Part shown: piece by piece, positions 47,631 through 56,207 of the stretch
Layout: each line of letters opens with the position of its first letter
How positions within the stretch are numbered: the first letter of the stretch is position 1
From: Patescibacteria group bacterium
GTDB lineage: Bacteria; Patescibacteriota; Minisyncoccia; Phycocordibacterales; Phycocordibacteraceae
DNA length: 64,000 nt
NCBI GenBank assembly: GCA_013815345.1
Contig: JACDGK010000001.1
Coordinates: forward strand, 3,076-67,075
Direction: 5' to 3'
The notes under the pieces: generated by a model
Databases searched by the model: none
What the model was told of the DNA's origin: nothing
The model's input: the letters and a program-made list of their open reading frames with translations, nothing else
Translations under genes and position numbers: made by a program

Positions 47631-48338
47631 TTAAAAACTCGCGAGCTGGATCGCTCCATATATCACTCCTGCTCCGAGGACGGTCATTATGCTTGTTAAA
47701 AAACGAGGATGTCTATGATGGCTATCGGGAAGAAGCTCACTTGCACCGATGTAAAGGAAAAATCCAGAAAATAGAGAGAGGATAATCGACAAAGATTGCT
47801 CAGGAATTGCAAAGAGTAGCGATACGCCGATACCAACCAAAGGAGCGAGGGCATCTGCAAAAAGCCATAGTCGGGCAACCTTCGGTTTTCCTGTTCCGAC
47901 AAGACTGAGATTTACGGTGTTTATGCCATCGGAAAAATCATGCACAAGAACGGCAACCGCTACGATTGCACCGAGTGCCGGAGAAACTTGAAAAGCAAGA
48001 CCAATACCAAGTCCGTCGAGAAAACTGTGTATCGTGAGACTGCCTGCCCCCACATGACCGCGATGACCGCTTTCTTTACTCGTGACGAGGGGAATCGTAC
48101 GATCGAGGATCATGTATGCCATAAAACCGATAGCGATGAACGTTGTGAGAGTTCCCACGGTATGAAATTTCTGTCCGATATCGATGGCTTCGGGAAACAA
48201 ATCGAACAATGCTACGCCAATAACGGCACCAGCACTGAATCCGAGAATAAGGTGTATCTGGTTCTTGAAACGAAGTGCAAGTGAGCCACCCACGAATGTA
48301 GAGATGCCAGTGGCAATGCCAATAAGTAAAAGGGTCAT
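47631..48338 (-). CDS. zupT: ZIP-family zinc/iron permease (ZupT-like)
   Basis: HSFLDGLGIG and LVHDFSDG His/Asp-rich TM motifs, with 7-8 TM helices. Confidence 0.75.
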   Translation of the reverse strand: MTLLLIGIATGISTFVGGSLALRFKNQIHLILGFSAGAVIGVALFDLFPEAIDIGQKFHTVGTLTTFIAIGFMAYMILDRTIPLVTSKESGHRGHVGAGSLTIHSFLDGLGIGLAFQVSPALGAIVAVAVLVHDFSDGINTVNLSLVGTGKPKVARLWLFADALAPLVGIGVSLLFAIPEQSLSIILSLFSGFFLYIGASELLPDSHHRHPRFLTSIMTVLGAGVIYGAIQLASF

Positions 48339-48790
48339 ATGTCTTTATTAGTATACGATAATGCGAGCTTGTCCTTATACAGATTTAAAAAGTTGGGAGT
48401 CTGTGAATGAAGTGGTGTAGGAAGGGCGTCAAGCGTAAACCATCCGATTTCGTCAAATTTGTGCGGTTCTCCATTTTTTGTTTTTGAGCGATCTACAAGA
48501 ACCTTAAAATCAAGAGCAATCCAGTGCGTTTTCTTTCCGTTATTCTCACGATGAACGTCTCGATAGCCTAGGAACTCATACTCAATCACGTCTGTACAGT
48601 ATTCCTCAGCGATCTCCTTGCGAAGAGTGTCTTCAACGGTGTCTCCGAACTCAAGTCCACCGCCGCCCTGGTCCCAGGTTCCTTGTTCATCTCTGCACTG
48701 CATTCCCCTCTTATTAAAGAGGAAGTTACCTTTTCCATCGTGACACGCGTAGACAATAGTTACCCCCGTATAATCTTCTCCTTTTTTCAT
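48335..48790 (-). CDS. NUDIX hydrolase
   Basis: Nudix box GGGGLEFGDTVEDTLRKEIAEEYC. Confidence 0.75.
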   Translation of the reverse strand: MKKGEDYTGVTIVYACHDGKGNFLFNKRGMQCRDEQGTWDQGGGGLEFGDTVEDTLRKEIAEEYCTDVIEYEFLGYRDVHRENNGKKTHWIALDFKVLVDRSKTKNGEPHKFDEIGWFTLDALPTPLHSQTPNFLNLYKDKLALSYTNKDI

Positions 48791-48828
48791 GGATAATCAA
48801 AGTATATAACTTCTTTGTGTAATAATGT

Positions 48829-49254
48829 TCATGGTTTTTGAAGGGATTCAAACACTTTTCGTGTAGTTTGAATGAGGGGAAGTTTGGAATACTCATCAAA
48901 AGATACCCCTTGGAAGTCGTCAAAATCTTCTCCGAGTGTAAACTCTGATCCTGCTGGCTCACACATAAAAAAGATGCCGATGATCTGAATCTGTTCACCT
49001 TTCACCGTTGGCCACCATTCGTCAACAAAAAATGGCTTACCAATTTTCACACTCATGCCAACCTCTTCTCTCACCTCTCTTTCAATCGCTTCTGTAATAG
49101 ATTCGCCAATTTTTACCTTACCACCAGGAAAATCGTATTTACCGTGATTGGTGCCTCCCTCATATTTGTTTGACTCACGAATGATTAAAATCTTTTCGTC
49201 TTTTACAATAACTGACCGCACGGCGAGAAATTGTTTTTGAATCACCTTTTCCAT
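48829..49254 (-). CDS. NUDIX hydrolase
   Basis: Nudix box FPGGKVKIGESITEAIEREVREEVGM. Confidence 0.75.
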   Translation of the reverse strand: MEKVIQKQFLAVRSVIVKDEKILIIRESNKYEGGTNHGKYDFPGGKVKIGESITEAIEREVREEVGMSVKIGKPFFVDEWWPTVKGEQIQIIGIFFMCEPAGSEFTLGEDFDDFQGVSFDEYSKLPLIQTTRKVFESLQKP

Positions 49255-49266
49255 ACTGAGAGTGTA

Positions 49267-50796
49267 TCAGAGCTCGGCTCTTGTCGTTTTAGACGGTGCA
49301 CTACGTAAAGGAATTTCTTTTAAAAAGAAGGCGATGACGAAGGCGATGAGCATAACCGGTACAGCATAAAAAAATATATCATCAAAGGCGAGCGTAAACG
49401 CTTGCAACACCGGGGCCGCAATAGCAGGAGGGAGCATTCGAAGTTGTCCTATATTCTTCCCAAGCGTCGTCGCTCCGTTCCCTACCGTTGGTAAAAGAGA
49501 GGTGAGGTGGGTAGCGAATCGAGAAATAAGCAGGGCACCAAAAATCGATGTGCCGAATGAGCTTCCCATGGTACGGAAGAATGTTACGGTGGAGGTGGCA
49601 GTGCCAAGATCGCGATGGTCAGTAGCATTCTGTACCGCAAGTGTCATTACTTGCAGGAAAAAACCAATGCCGATACCCGTAATCAGCATCCAAAGTGAGA
49701 GCCACCATTGGGAGGTATCCACGGATAGTCTACTCAAAAGAAGAAGTCCGATAGCGCTTATCATCGTCCCGATAATAGGAAAGATGCGGTAACGGCCGGT
49801 TGCTGAGATGATGCGGCCGGAAGCGATGGACGCCCCAAGAAGCCCGACGACGAGCGGCAACATAAGAAGCCCAGACTTTGTCGCTGAATAGCCACGCACC
49901 ACTTGCTGATATTCTGGAAGATAAATGATTGCCGTGAACATTGCTACGCCTGAAATAAATGAGAGGAGTGAGGAAACCGTAAATATGCTGCTTTTAAATA
50001 GTCGGAATGGGATGAGCGGTTCCTTTGCCTTGGTCTGCCACCATATAAATGTATAACCAAATGTGGCACCCAACCAAAAGAGCCACAATATAGGAAGTGA
50101 ACTCCACGCGTAGGTCGTACCTCCCCAGACAGATGCAAGAAGAAATGATATGACACTTACCGAGAGCAAAAAGGCCCCAAGGTAATCAATAGAGTGTTCC
50201 CGTTTATGAACAGGCACATGCAAGCGGGTTGCGATGGCAAATAGTGCTAAAAGTCCGAGCGGAATATTTATATAAAAAATCCATCGCCACGAAAACTGAT
50301 CGGTAAAGAATCCCCCGAGAAGCGGGCCAGCAATACTTGCAACGCCAAATACTGCACCAATTAATCCTTGATACTTTCCTCGTTCGCGGGGGGGTACCAC
50401 GTCGCCGATAGTTGCAAGCACGAGTGTTATAAGTCCACCAGCACCAATACCCTGGATAAAGCGGAAAAGTATGAGCTCACCAATATTTTGTGAAAGACCC
50501 GCGAGTATTGATCCAATAAGGAAAATGATGACCGCAATGATTAACATGCGTTTGCGACCAAAAATATCACTTAGCTTTCCGTAGAGAGGTGTAGTGACAG
50601 CACTCGCGATGAGGTAGGCGGTGACGACCCACGAAAGTTCGTTCAATGCGTTGAAATCGCTGGCTATTTTGGGGAGAGCGGTAGCCACAATGGTTTGGTC
50701 GAGTGCAGCCAAAAGTATGGTGAGCATGAGCGCTCCCATAATGAGTATGATGCTCCCCTGCCCTTTTTGCGGGGCTTTTTTGTCTTGTGTGTCCAT
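49267..50796 (-). CDS. MFS transporter, DHA2 (EmrB/QacA) 14-TM drug:H+ antiporter type
   Basis: LDQTIVATALPKIASDF motif, GRKRM loop and about 14 TM helices. Confidence 0.85.
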   Translation of the reverse strand: MDTQDKKAPQKGQGSIILIMGALMLTILLAALDQTIVATALPKIASDFNALNELSWVVTAYLIASAVTTPLYGKLSDIFGRKRMLIIAVIIFLIGSILAGLSQNIGELILFRFIQGIGAGGLITLVLATIGDVVPPRERGKYQGLIGAVFGVASIAGPLLGGFFTDQFSWRWIFYINIPLGLLALFAIATRLHVPVHKREHSIDYLGAFLLSVSVISFLLASVWGGTTYAWSSLPILWLFWLGATFGYTFIWWQTKAKEPLIPFRLFKSSIFTVSSLLSFISGVAMFTAIIYLPEYQQVVRGYSATKSGLLMLPLVVGLLGASIASGRIISATGRYRIFPIIGTMISAIGLLLLSRLSVDTSQWWLSLWMLITGIGIGFFLQVMTLAVQNATDHRDLGTATSTVTFFRTMGSSFGTSIFGALLISRFATHLTSLLPTVGNGATTLGKNIGQLRMLPPAIAAPVLQAFTLAFDDIFFYAVPVMLIAFVIAFFLKEIPLRSAPSKTTRAEL

Positions 50797-50869
50797 ATAT
50801 AACTTTGTAGTTATAGTACAACTGGCGATTTAAAGCTAGCTTGAAGATTATTAAGTATTTCGGTAACTC

Positions 50870-52117
50870 TCACGCGTTCTCACCTGCGACAAAGCCCGTG
50901 GTCCAGCAGAGCTGGAGAGAGAAGCCGCCCGAAGGGCGGCTAATATGGAGGAGATCTCCCACAATGAAAAGATTTTCAATTTTGTGCGAGCGCATCGTAC
51001 GCATGTCGATTTCCGTGAGTAGCACGCCGCCGTCGGCGACCACGGCCTTCTCGAATCCCATAAGTCCGGTGATTGTCAGCGATACACCTTTGAGTAGCTC
51101 GACGAGCGTTCGCCGCTGATCTCTGGTCACACTATGCACTTTGGCATCTCCGCTTATATCAGGAATCATTTCAAGAAGCACCGTACTCATGCCAGCTGGT
51201 GCGAAGGTCTTGAACACATTCTTTAATACTTTATTTTTGTTTTGTTCAAAAAGTTCGGTGAGTTGCTGATCCAAATTTCCGATATCGATGTGCGGAAAAA
51301 AATCTAAGTGAGCAGTCACCTCACCCTCTTGAAACAGCGGAGAAACTTTTCCTGAAGAATTCAGTATCGTTGGTCCTGAGATGCCCGTATGGGTAAAAAG
51401 AATCGGACCTGTTTTTGAGAACGCACGTACGTTATCGACGAGAAAAGTAATCTTCATTTCCGGAATCGTTACGCCAGCTACATCTTTCAGCCATTTTTCT
51501 TTTACTTTGAGTGGCACGATAGTGGGTGTGGGCGGGTCGCAACGGTGACCGAGTTCTTGTAACCATTTGAAGCCGTCGCCCGTTGAGCCAGTTTCGGGTC
51601 GCGAAAGTCCACCCGTTGCTAAAATGTACGAGTCAGCGCTGTGGGTCATTCCGCCGCTTTCTACATACTCGATGTGGTCTCCTTTGCGTTTGATTCGGTC
51701 GACTGCTGACCGCAATTTTATATGCACGCCTCCCCTTGCGAGATAGGCTCGAAGAATATTCACCACATCTACTGCCCTTTGGCTTGCCGGAAACGCTCGC
51801 TTTCTTGCTTCTACTTTGAGCGGCAAGTCGAGAGATTCAAATAATGCATAGGTCTTTCGCATCCCAAATTTTGAGAACGCTGAATAAAGAAATTGGTTTG
51901 CTCTGCCGAAGTTCGCGAGTAGCTTCTTCTCGTCTTCCTCAGCATTCAAAATATTGCATCGTGTACCTCCTGAGATCGCCAATTTTTCGCCGAGTTTGGC
52001 ATTTTTCTCCAAAAGCAGCACTTTCTTTCCCCGCGCTGCTGCGGTACCCGCGGCCATCATGCCGGCGGCTCCGCCGCCGATAACAATTACGTCATATTTT
52101 TGAATCCCGGATTTCAT
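50870..52117 (-). CDS. HI0933/BaiN-like FAD-dependent oxidoreductase
   Basis: YDVIVIGGGAAGMMAAGTAA dinucleotide-binding motif and HI0933 family layout. Confidence 0.8.
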   Translation of the reverse strand: MKSGIQKYDVIVIGGGAAGMMAAGTAAARGKKVLLLEKNAKLGEKLAISGGTRCNILNAEEDEKKLLANFGRANQFLYSAFSKFGMRKTYALFESLDLPLKVEARKRAFPASQRAVDVVNILRAYLARGGVHIKLRSAVDRIKRKGDHIEYVESGGMTHSADSYILATGGLSRPETGSTGDGFKWLQELGHRCDPPTPTIVPLKVKEKWLKDVAGVTIPEMKITFLVDNVRAFSKTGPILFTHTGISGPTILNSSGKVSPLFQEGEVTAHLDFFPHIDIGNLDQQLTELFEQNKNKVLKNVFKTFAPAGMSTVLLEMIPDISGDAKVHSVTRDQRRTLVELLKGVSLTITGLMGFEKAVVADGGVLLTEIDMRTMRSHKIENLFIVGDLLHISRPSGGFSLQLCWTTGFVAGENA

Positions 52118-52209
52118 GCACCGTAAGTGTACCTCACGGCATACGTCTGATAAGTAAAGACTCTTAATAAAGGTTTCATACTAAGGGAGAAGTGATAGAA
52201 TAAGACCAT

Positions 52210-54153
52210 ATGGCACATCTCAATAAAAAAACACTAGCTACAAAAATGACAAGCGTGCTTGGCATCATCCTTTTTATTATTCCTCTTTTTGGCAGTTTTT
52301 CTCCCCTCCCTGCACACGCAACCGCACCAGTGGTGTCGATAGGCGGCTCAAACGACGTCCAGTATTCGACGGTTCTTGATTATTCAGCAAATACTATTCT
52401 TCTCAAACAAGGCGGATATGTCGCTACCTCGACCTACACCTGTGTGATCGCTACGCAAGGCTGCGTGCTCGTTCCTTCATCCACGACAACCCTCGCTCCC
52501 AGCGCACTCGCGAGTACTTCTAATTTCGTAAGTCCGGACTACAGCGAAGCATTAGTTACCACCTACGTTGCAAACTCCAACCCCACGGAGCAGCTTTATG
52601 GTATTCAAAATAATGTTCTCGCTCCTCAAGCTACCCTTCCCGCTCTGAAGGGTCTTATCACAAACGTACACTGGTCGGGCGACAATACCGTTCTCATCAT
52701 AAAAGAAAGTGACGGCTCAACACAAAAATATAATCGCACCACTAATACCCTCACAACTTTAAAGACGTCGCTCCCCAGCGGGGCTGCCTGGATAACGCTT
52801 TCTGCTGATGGTCGATACATCGCCTACTACATTCCGGCAGTTATTTCGACCGGCAAGCGCACGTTTGGCGTGATAGATACGAATCTAGATATCGGTTATA
52901 CGCTCGAGTCTACTATTTCTTACTGGGATTTGCTTTCTGAAGGAGTTCGTATCTTTGCCTTCTCTCCGGATAGCACCAGGCTTCTCTATCTCGATGATCG
53001 GAGCGGATACCAAACCTTGTACGCAGTGAATATGAAAGATCTTGCGACTACAGGCCTCACCGGCACACAGGTAACTGCAAAGAAATATACGATCGAAGAT
53101 ATGCAGTGGGAAGATAACTCCTCGATTGTCTTCAGTGCAAACCGAGATAACCCTATGCAATGGTCGCTGTATGAGCTCAACCTCGGCACCTACACCCTAA
53201 AGAAAATTGTTGACTCTCCCGCCTACAATCAACCGATGCATGCTTTAGGTTCAAACATTCTGTTCCAGACAGCTGACGCTAATGGCCGTCTCACCAAAGT
53301 CTTTAACACGCTCACAAAGACTGTTTCAGCCTTCCAGACTCTGGGTCTTGATCAATCGAAAGTAGGCACGACGAATCAAGTCGTGCAGCAGGGTGGTGTC
53401 TATGGCGCCTACCTTCCGACTACCGTTGCTACTTCTACCCTTCTGGTGTGGCTTCATGGAGGTCCTGATCGCCAGACCAGCCTCGACTACAACTCTTACA
53501 TGAGCTATGGCGGCTATGACTGGGTGCTGAACAAAGTACAAGCATCAGGTGTTCCGGTATTAAAACTCGATTACCCAGGAAGCATAAATCACGGCACTGC
53601 CTTTGCGCAGTCGATTAAAAACGGCGTGGGCACGGTTGACGCAAGCACCACTATGCAAGCGATAAAAGATTTCTCCGCAGCCCACGGTTTCAAGAACGTC
53701 TATGTGATGGGTAACAGCTATGGTGGCTATCTAGCACTCAAACTCCTTGTTTCTTATCCATCCCAAATCAAAGGTGCCTATTCCCTCTCTGGTGTTACCG
53801 ACTGGCAAACACTACTCACCAATATTCCTTCATCTATCTTTAGTCTCGACTTCAATGGCTCACCAAATCCACTGAATCAAGCGTTGTACAACAAAGCGTC
53901 GATCGTTGCGAATATTCCTAACATCGGTACTCAAAAAGTCATCGTCACTCAGGGAGACGCCGACAGTGAAGTTCCATACGCACAGTCACAACTCATTGAT
54001 GAAGCCCTTGTCGCCGCAGGAAAAAATGTCGAGTACAGCACACTTGCCGGCGAAGACCATATCTACAAACTCCCTTCTTCCTACACACTCGTGTGTAACC
54101 AAGCTCTTGAGCTTGTCGGTCTTCCAAGCAATTCACTCTGCACGATGCATTAG
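52210..54153 (+). CDS. Secreted S9 family serine peptidase (prolyl oligopeptidase/acylaminoacyl-peptidase type) with an N-terminal beta-propeller
   Basis: Signal peptide, GxSxG nucleophile elbow (MGNSYGGYL) and a C-terminal Asp/His region. Confidence 0.75.
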   Translation: MAHLNKKTLATKMTSVLGIILFIIPLFGSFSPLPAHATAPVVSIGGSNDVQYSTVLDYSANTILLKQGGYVATSTYTCVIATQGCVLVPSSTTTLAPSALASTSNFVSPDYSEALVTTYVANSNPTEQLYGIQNNVLAPQATLPALKGLITNVHWSGDNTVLIIKESDGSTQKYNRTTNTLTTLKTSLPSGAAWITLSADGRYIAYYIPAVISTGKRTFGVIDTNLDIGYTLESTISYWDLLSEGVRIFAFSPDSTRLLYLDDRSGYQTLYAVNMKDLATTGLTGTQVTAKKYTIEDMQWEDNSSIVFSANRDNPMQWSLYELNLGTYTLKKIVDSPAYNQPMHALGSNILFQTADANGRLTKVFNTLTKTVSAFQTLGLDQSKVGTTNQVVQQGGVYGAYLPTTVATSTLLVWLHGGPDRQTSLDYNSYMSYGGYDWVLNKVQASGVPVLKLDYPGSINHGTAFAQSIKNGVGTVDASTTMQAIKDFSAAHGFKNVYVMGNSYGGYLALKLLVSYPSQIKGAYSLSGVTDWQTLLTNIPSSIFSLDFNGSPNPLNQALYNKASIVANIPNIGTQKVIVTQGDADSEVPYAQSQLIDEALVAAGKNVEYSTLAGEDHIYKLPSSYTLVCNQALELVGLPSNSLCTMH

Positions 54154-54166
54154 TCAAGATATCAGA

Positions 54167-54202
54167 AAAATCGTACCTGTCTGAAAGAGCCAGGTACGAT
54201 TT
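54167..54202 (+). terminator. Terminator hairpin AAAATCGTACCTG-loop-CAGGTACGATTT
   Basis: 12-bp stem directly after the S9 peptidase stop. Confidence 0.45.
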
Positions 54203-54317
54203 CTCTATATAAATTGAAGAGTTGGACTCTTCAGAAACAAAGTGTAATCTTCAGACAGAGCGGCACTTGGCCGCTAGTTCTATTCGTTTCTGAATCTCAC
54301 TCAAGGGAGAAAGTCCT

Positions 54318-55460
54318 ATGATCGATACATTCAAGAAAGCGGCGCCAGAAGTGCTCACCGGAATTCGCGAAGAAATGGCTGTCCGGCGTACGACCGAAGT
54401 TTTTCTGCTGTTCGTTAATGGCAGCCAGTTCGACCATCTCATCTTCCAGACCACAAGCAAGCTCGGCGTCTACTGTCTTGTGGCCGATCCTGCGTCGGTT
54501 ACGTCAGAGGATGTGCGAGCTCTGAGTCCGAAGGGCATCATTCTGTCAGGAGGCCCGGCGTCAGTCGTTTCCGAACCACCGCGTTTCGACAACGCGATCT
54601 TTGATCTCGACATTCCGGTACTCGGAATCTGCCTCGGCTTTCAAATGTGGGCAAAGTATGCCGGCATCCAAGTGGTGGAAGGGACGAGTAAGGAGTTTGG
54701 CATGAATGACTTGCGCGTCTTAAACCCCAGCGGCTTGCTCGAAGACTTCGAGCAAAACACAACGACTCCCGTTCTTCAAAGTCACGGTGATCAAGTACTG
54801 CTGGATGAACGACTCACCCTTCTCGGCTCCACCACCTTCCATGGTGATGCAGTCGCGGTGTCTGCGGCTTCACTCGGACATCTTCACGGTGTCCAGTTCC
54901 ATCCCGAAGTCACCGAGACTTTGAAGGGTTCGAAAATTTTCGAGAACTTCTGCTTTGGTATCTGCGGCGCAAGGGATCGATTTTCGGCCCATAATATTGC
55001 CGAACAAAAAATTGCGACTCTTCAGAAAAAAATCGACGACAAGAAAGTACTACTCGCTCTCTCAGGTGGTGCTGACTCGTCGACGGTTGCCTATCTTCTG
55101 AAGCATGCCACCATCGGACGAGGCAACAGATACAACGGGGTGATTCCATTCACTCGGCATATGAGCATGGAGGCTTGCTGCGGCAAGAATCCTGTCTACC
55201 ACGTAGGCAAGCTTTACACCGCCATCTGCTCTCTCATTTCCGATGAGATTCATCGTCTTGTAGGACTTGAGACATACGTGTATCTGACCTCTCAGATGGG
55301 CAGAAGTCTGTCGGACCCATGGTCTGCATGCGTGGAGGTATGCGGCGGAGATACAACATCTGCGCAACGTCAGATGATTGAAGCAATCCTCGAGCGCAAC
55401 TTGGCAAATGCCAACGAAACTACCCAGAAAATCGTGAAAGGAGAATTGAACCTATTCTGA
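54318..55460 (+). CDS. guaA: GuaA-like protein: class I glutamine amidotransferase plus the start of a PP-loop ATP pyrophosphatase. The C-terminal half is not GuaA-like, so this is possibly a pseudogene.
   Basis: GATase GICLGFQMW and VQFHPEV, PP-loop LLALSGGADSSTVAYLL. After LLKHA the sequence no longer resembles GuaA and stops at 380 aa. A +2 frame shows a GGLLRQES fragment resembling the GuaA VDNGLLRLNE motif. Confidence 0.55.
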   Translation: MIDTFKKAAPEVLTGIREEMAVRRTTEVFLLFVNGSQFDHLIFQTTSKLGVYCLVADPASVTSEDVRALSPKGIILSGGPASVVSEPPRFDNAIFDLDIPVLGICLGFQMWAKYAGIQVVEGTSKEFGMNDLRVLNPSGLLEDFEQNTTTPVLQSHGDQVLLDERLTLLGSTTFHGDAVAVSAASLGHLHGVQFHPEVTETLKGSKIFENFCFGICGARDRFSAHNIAEQKIATLQKKIDDKKVLLALSGGADSSTVAYLLKHATIGRGNRYNGVIPFTRHMSMEACCGKNPVYHVGKLYTAICSLISDEIHRLVGLETYVYLTSQMGRSLSDPWSACVEVCGGDTTSAQRQMIEAILERNLANANETTQKIVKGELNLF

Positions 55461-55474
55461 AGGGATCGATCCTC

Positions 55475-55510
55475 AGTACCCATGTCGTAACGACATGGGT
55501 ACTTTTTTTA
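55475..55510. terminator. Bidirectional terminator AGTACCCATGTCG-TAA-CGACATGGGTACT followed by TTTTTTT
   Basis: Perfect 13-bp stem between the convergent guaA-like and S51 genes. Confidence 0.6.
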
Positions 55511-55511
55511 T

Positions 55512-56207
55512 TTACAGATTGAAAGATTCTTCAGGATTAAGTTCCCTTTTTGTTCCATCTGCAAGATAAATAACACACGACTTTGTGCCAGCGCATAAAG
55601 CGCTGCCATTTTCTATAACTAGACCACTTTCTTCTGGTAAGCAAACAATCGGCAAGTTATTATCAATTGCCCAAGTTCTAAATCTGTCATTCTGTTCATC
55701 CTTAAAGTGACAGGCTACCGAAAAATTATTTAGAAGATTAAATCCCGATACGTCTTCCAGACCTATTTTATTTTCATCATCATGAGTATTAATTTTCTTA
55801 CCCATTATGATTGCACCGGCACTGCCTCCGTAAACTTGACCACCAGCTTCAATGTATTGAATTAAAATATCAGCAAATCCAGAATTTTTAAGCTCCTGCA
55901 TAAGGCTCCATGTATTGCCGCCTCCGATATAAATCCCATTAAATTCTTTAAGGGTTTCGAGAGTATATTTTGATGGGTCGTCTACCGTTTCGAACTGAGT
56001 ATCCGCTCTTTCATGAAGTTCGGTAATGCTGTTCATCCACAAATGCGCGGTAGGATATAGCTTGTGTCCGCGGAGAGCTATGGGTATGTATAAAAAGCGT
56101 CCATTTTTTGGTAATGTACTAAAAAAAAATTTGTCGAGGGGGAATGATTGCTTCTCATTACCACCCCCCGACAAATATATTCGGTTGTTCTCCTTTATGT
56201 TTTGCAT
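55512..56207 (-). CDS. Peptidase S51 family (dipeptidase E/cyanophycinase-like)
   Basis: GGGNTWSL...GGSAGAII matches the S51 catalytic Ser region. Confidence 0.75.
   Translation of the reverse strand: MQNIKENNRIYLSGGGNEKQSFPLDKFFFSTLPKNGRFLYIPIALRGHKLYPTAHLWMNSITELHERADTQFETVDDPSKYTLETLKEFNGIYIGGGNTWSLMQELKNSGFADILIQYIEAGGQVYGGSAGAIIMGKKINTHDDENKIGLEDVSGFNLLNNFSVACHFKDEQNDRFRTWAIDNNLPIVCLPEESGLVIENGSALCAGTKSCVIYLADGTKRELNPEESFNL

Noticed and set aside
50921-50945. GAAGCCGCCCGAAGGGCGGCT hairpin as terminator of the HI0933-like gene
   Set aside because: It lies about 17 codons inside the annotated 3' end of the CDS, so either the CDS is slightly shorter or the hairpin is coding. It is too ambiguous to call.
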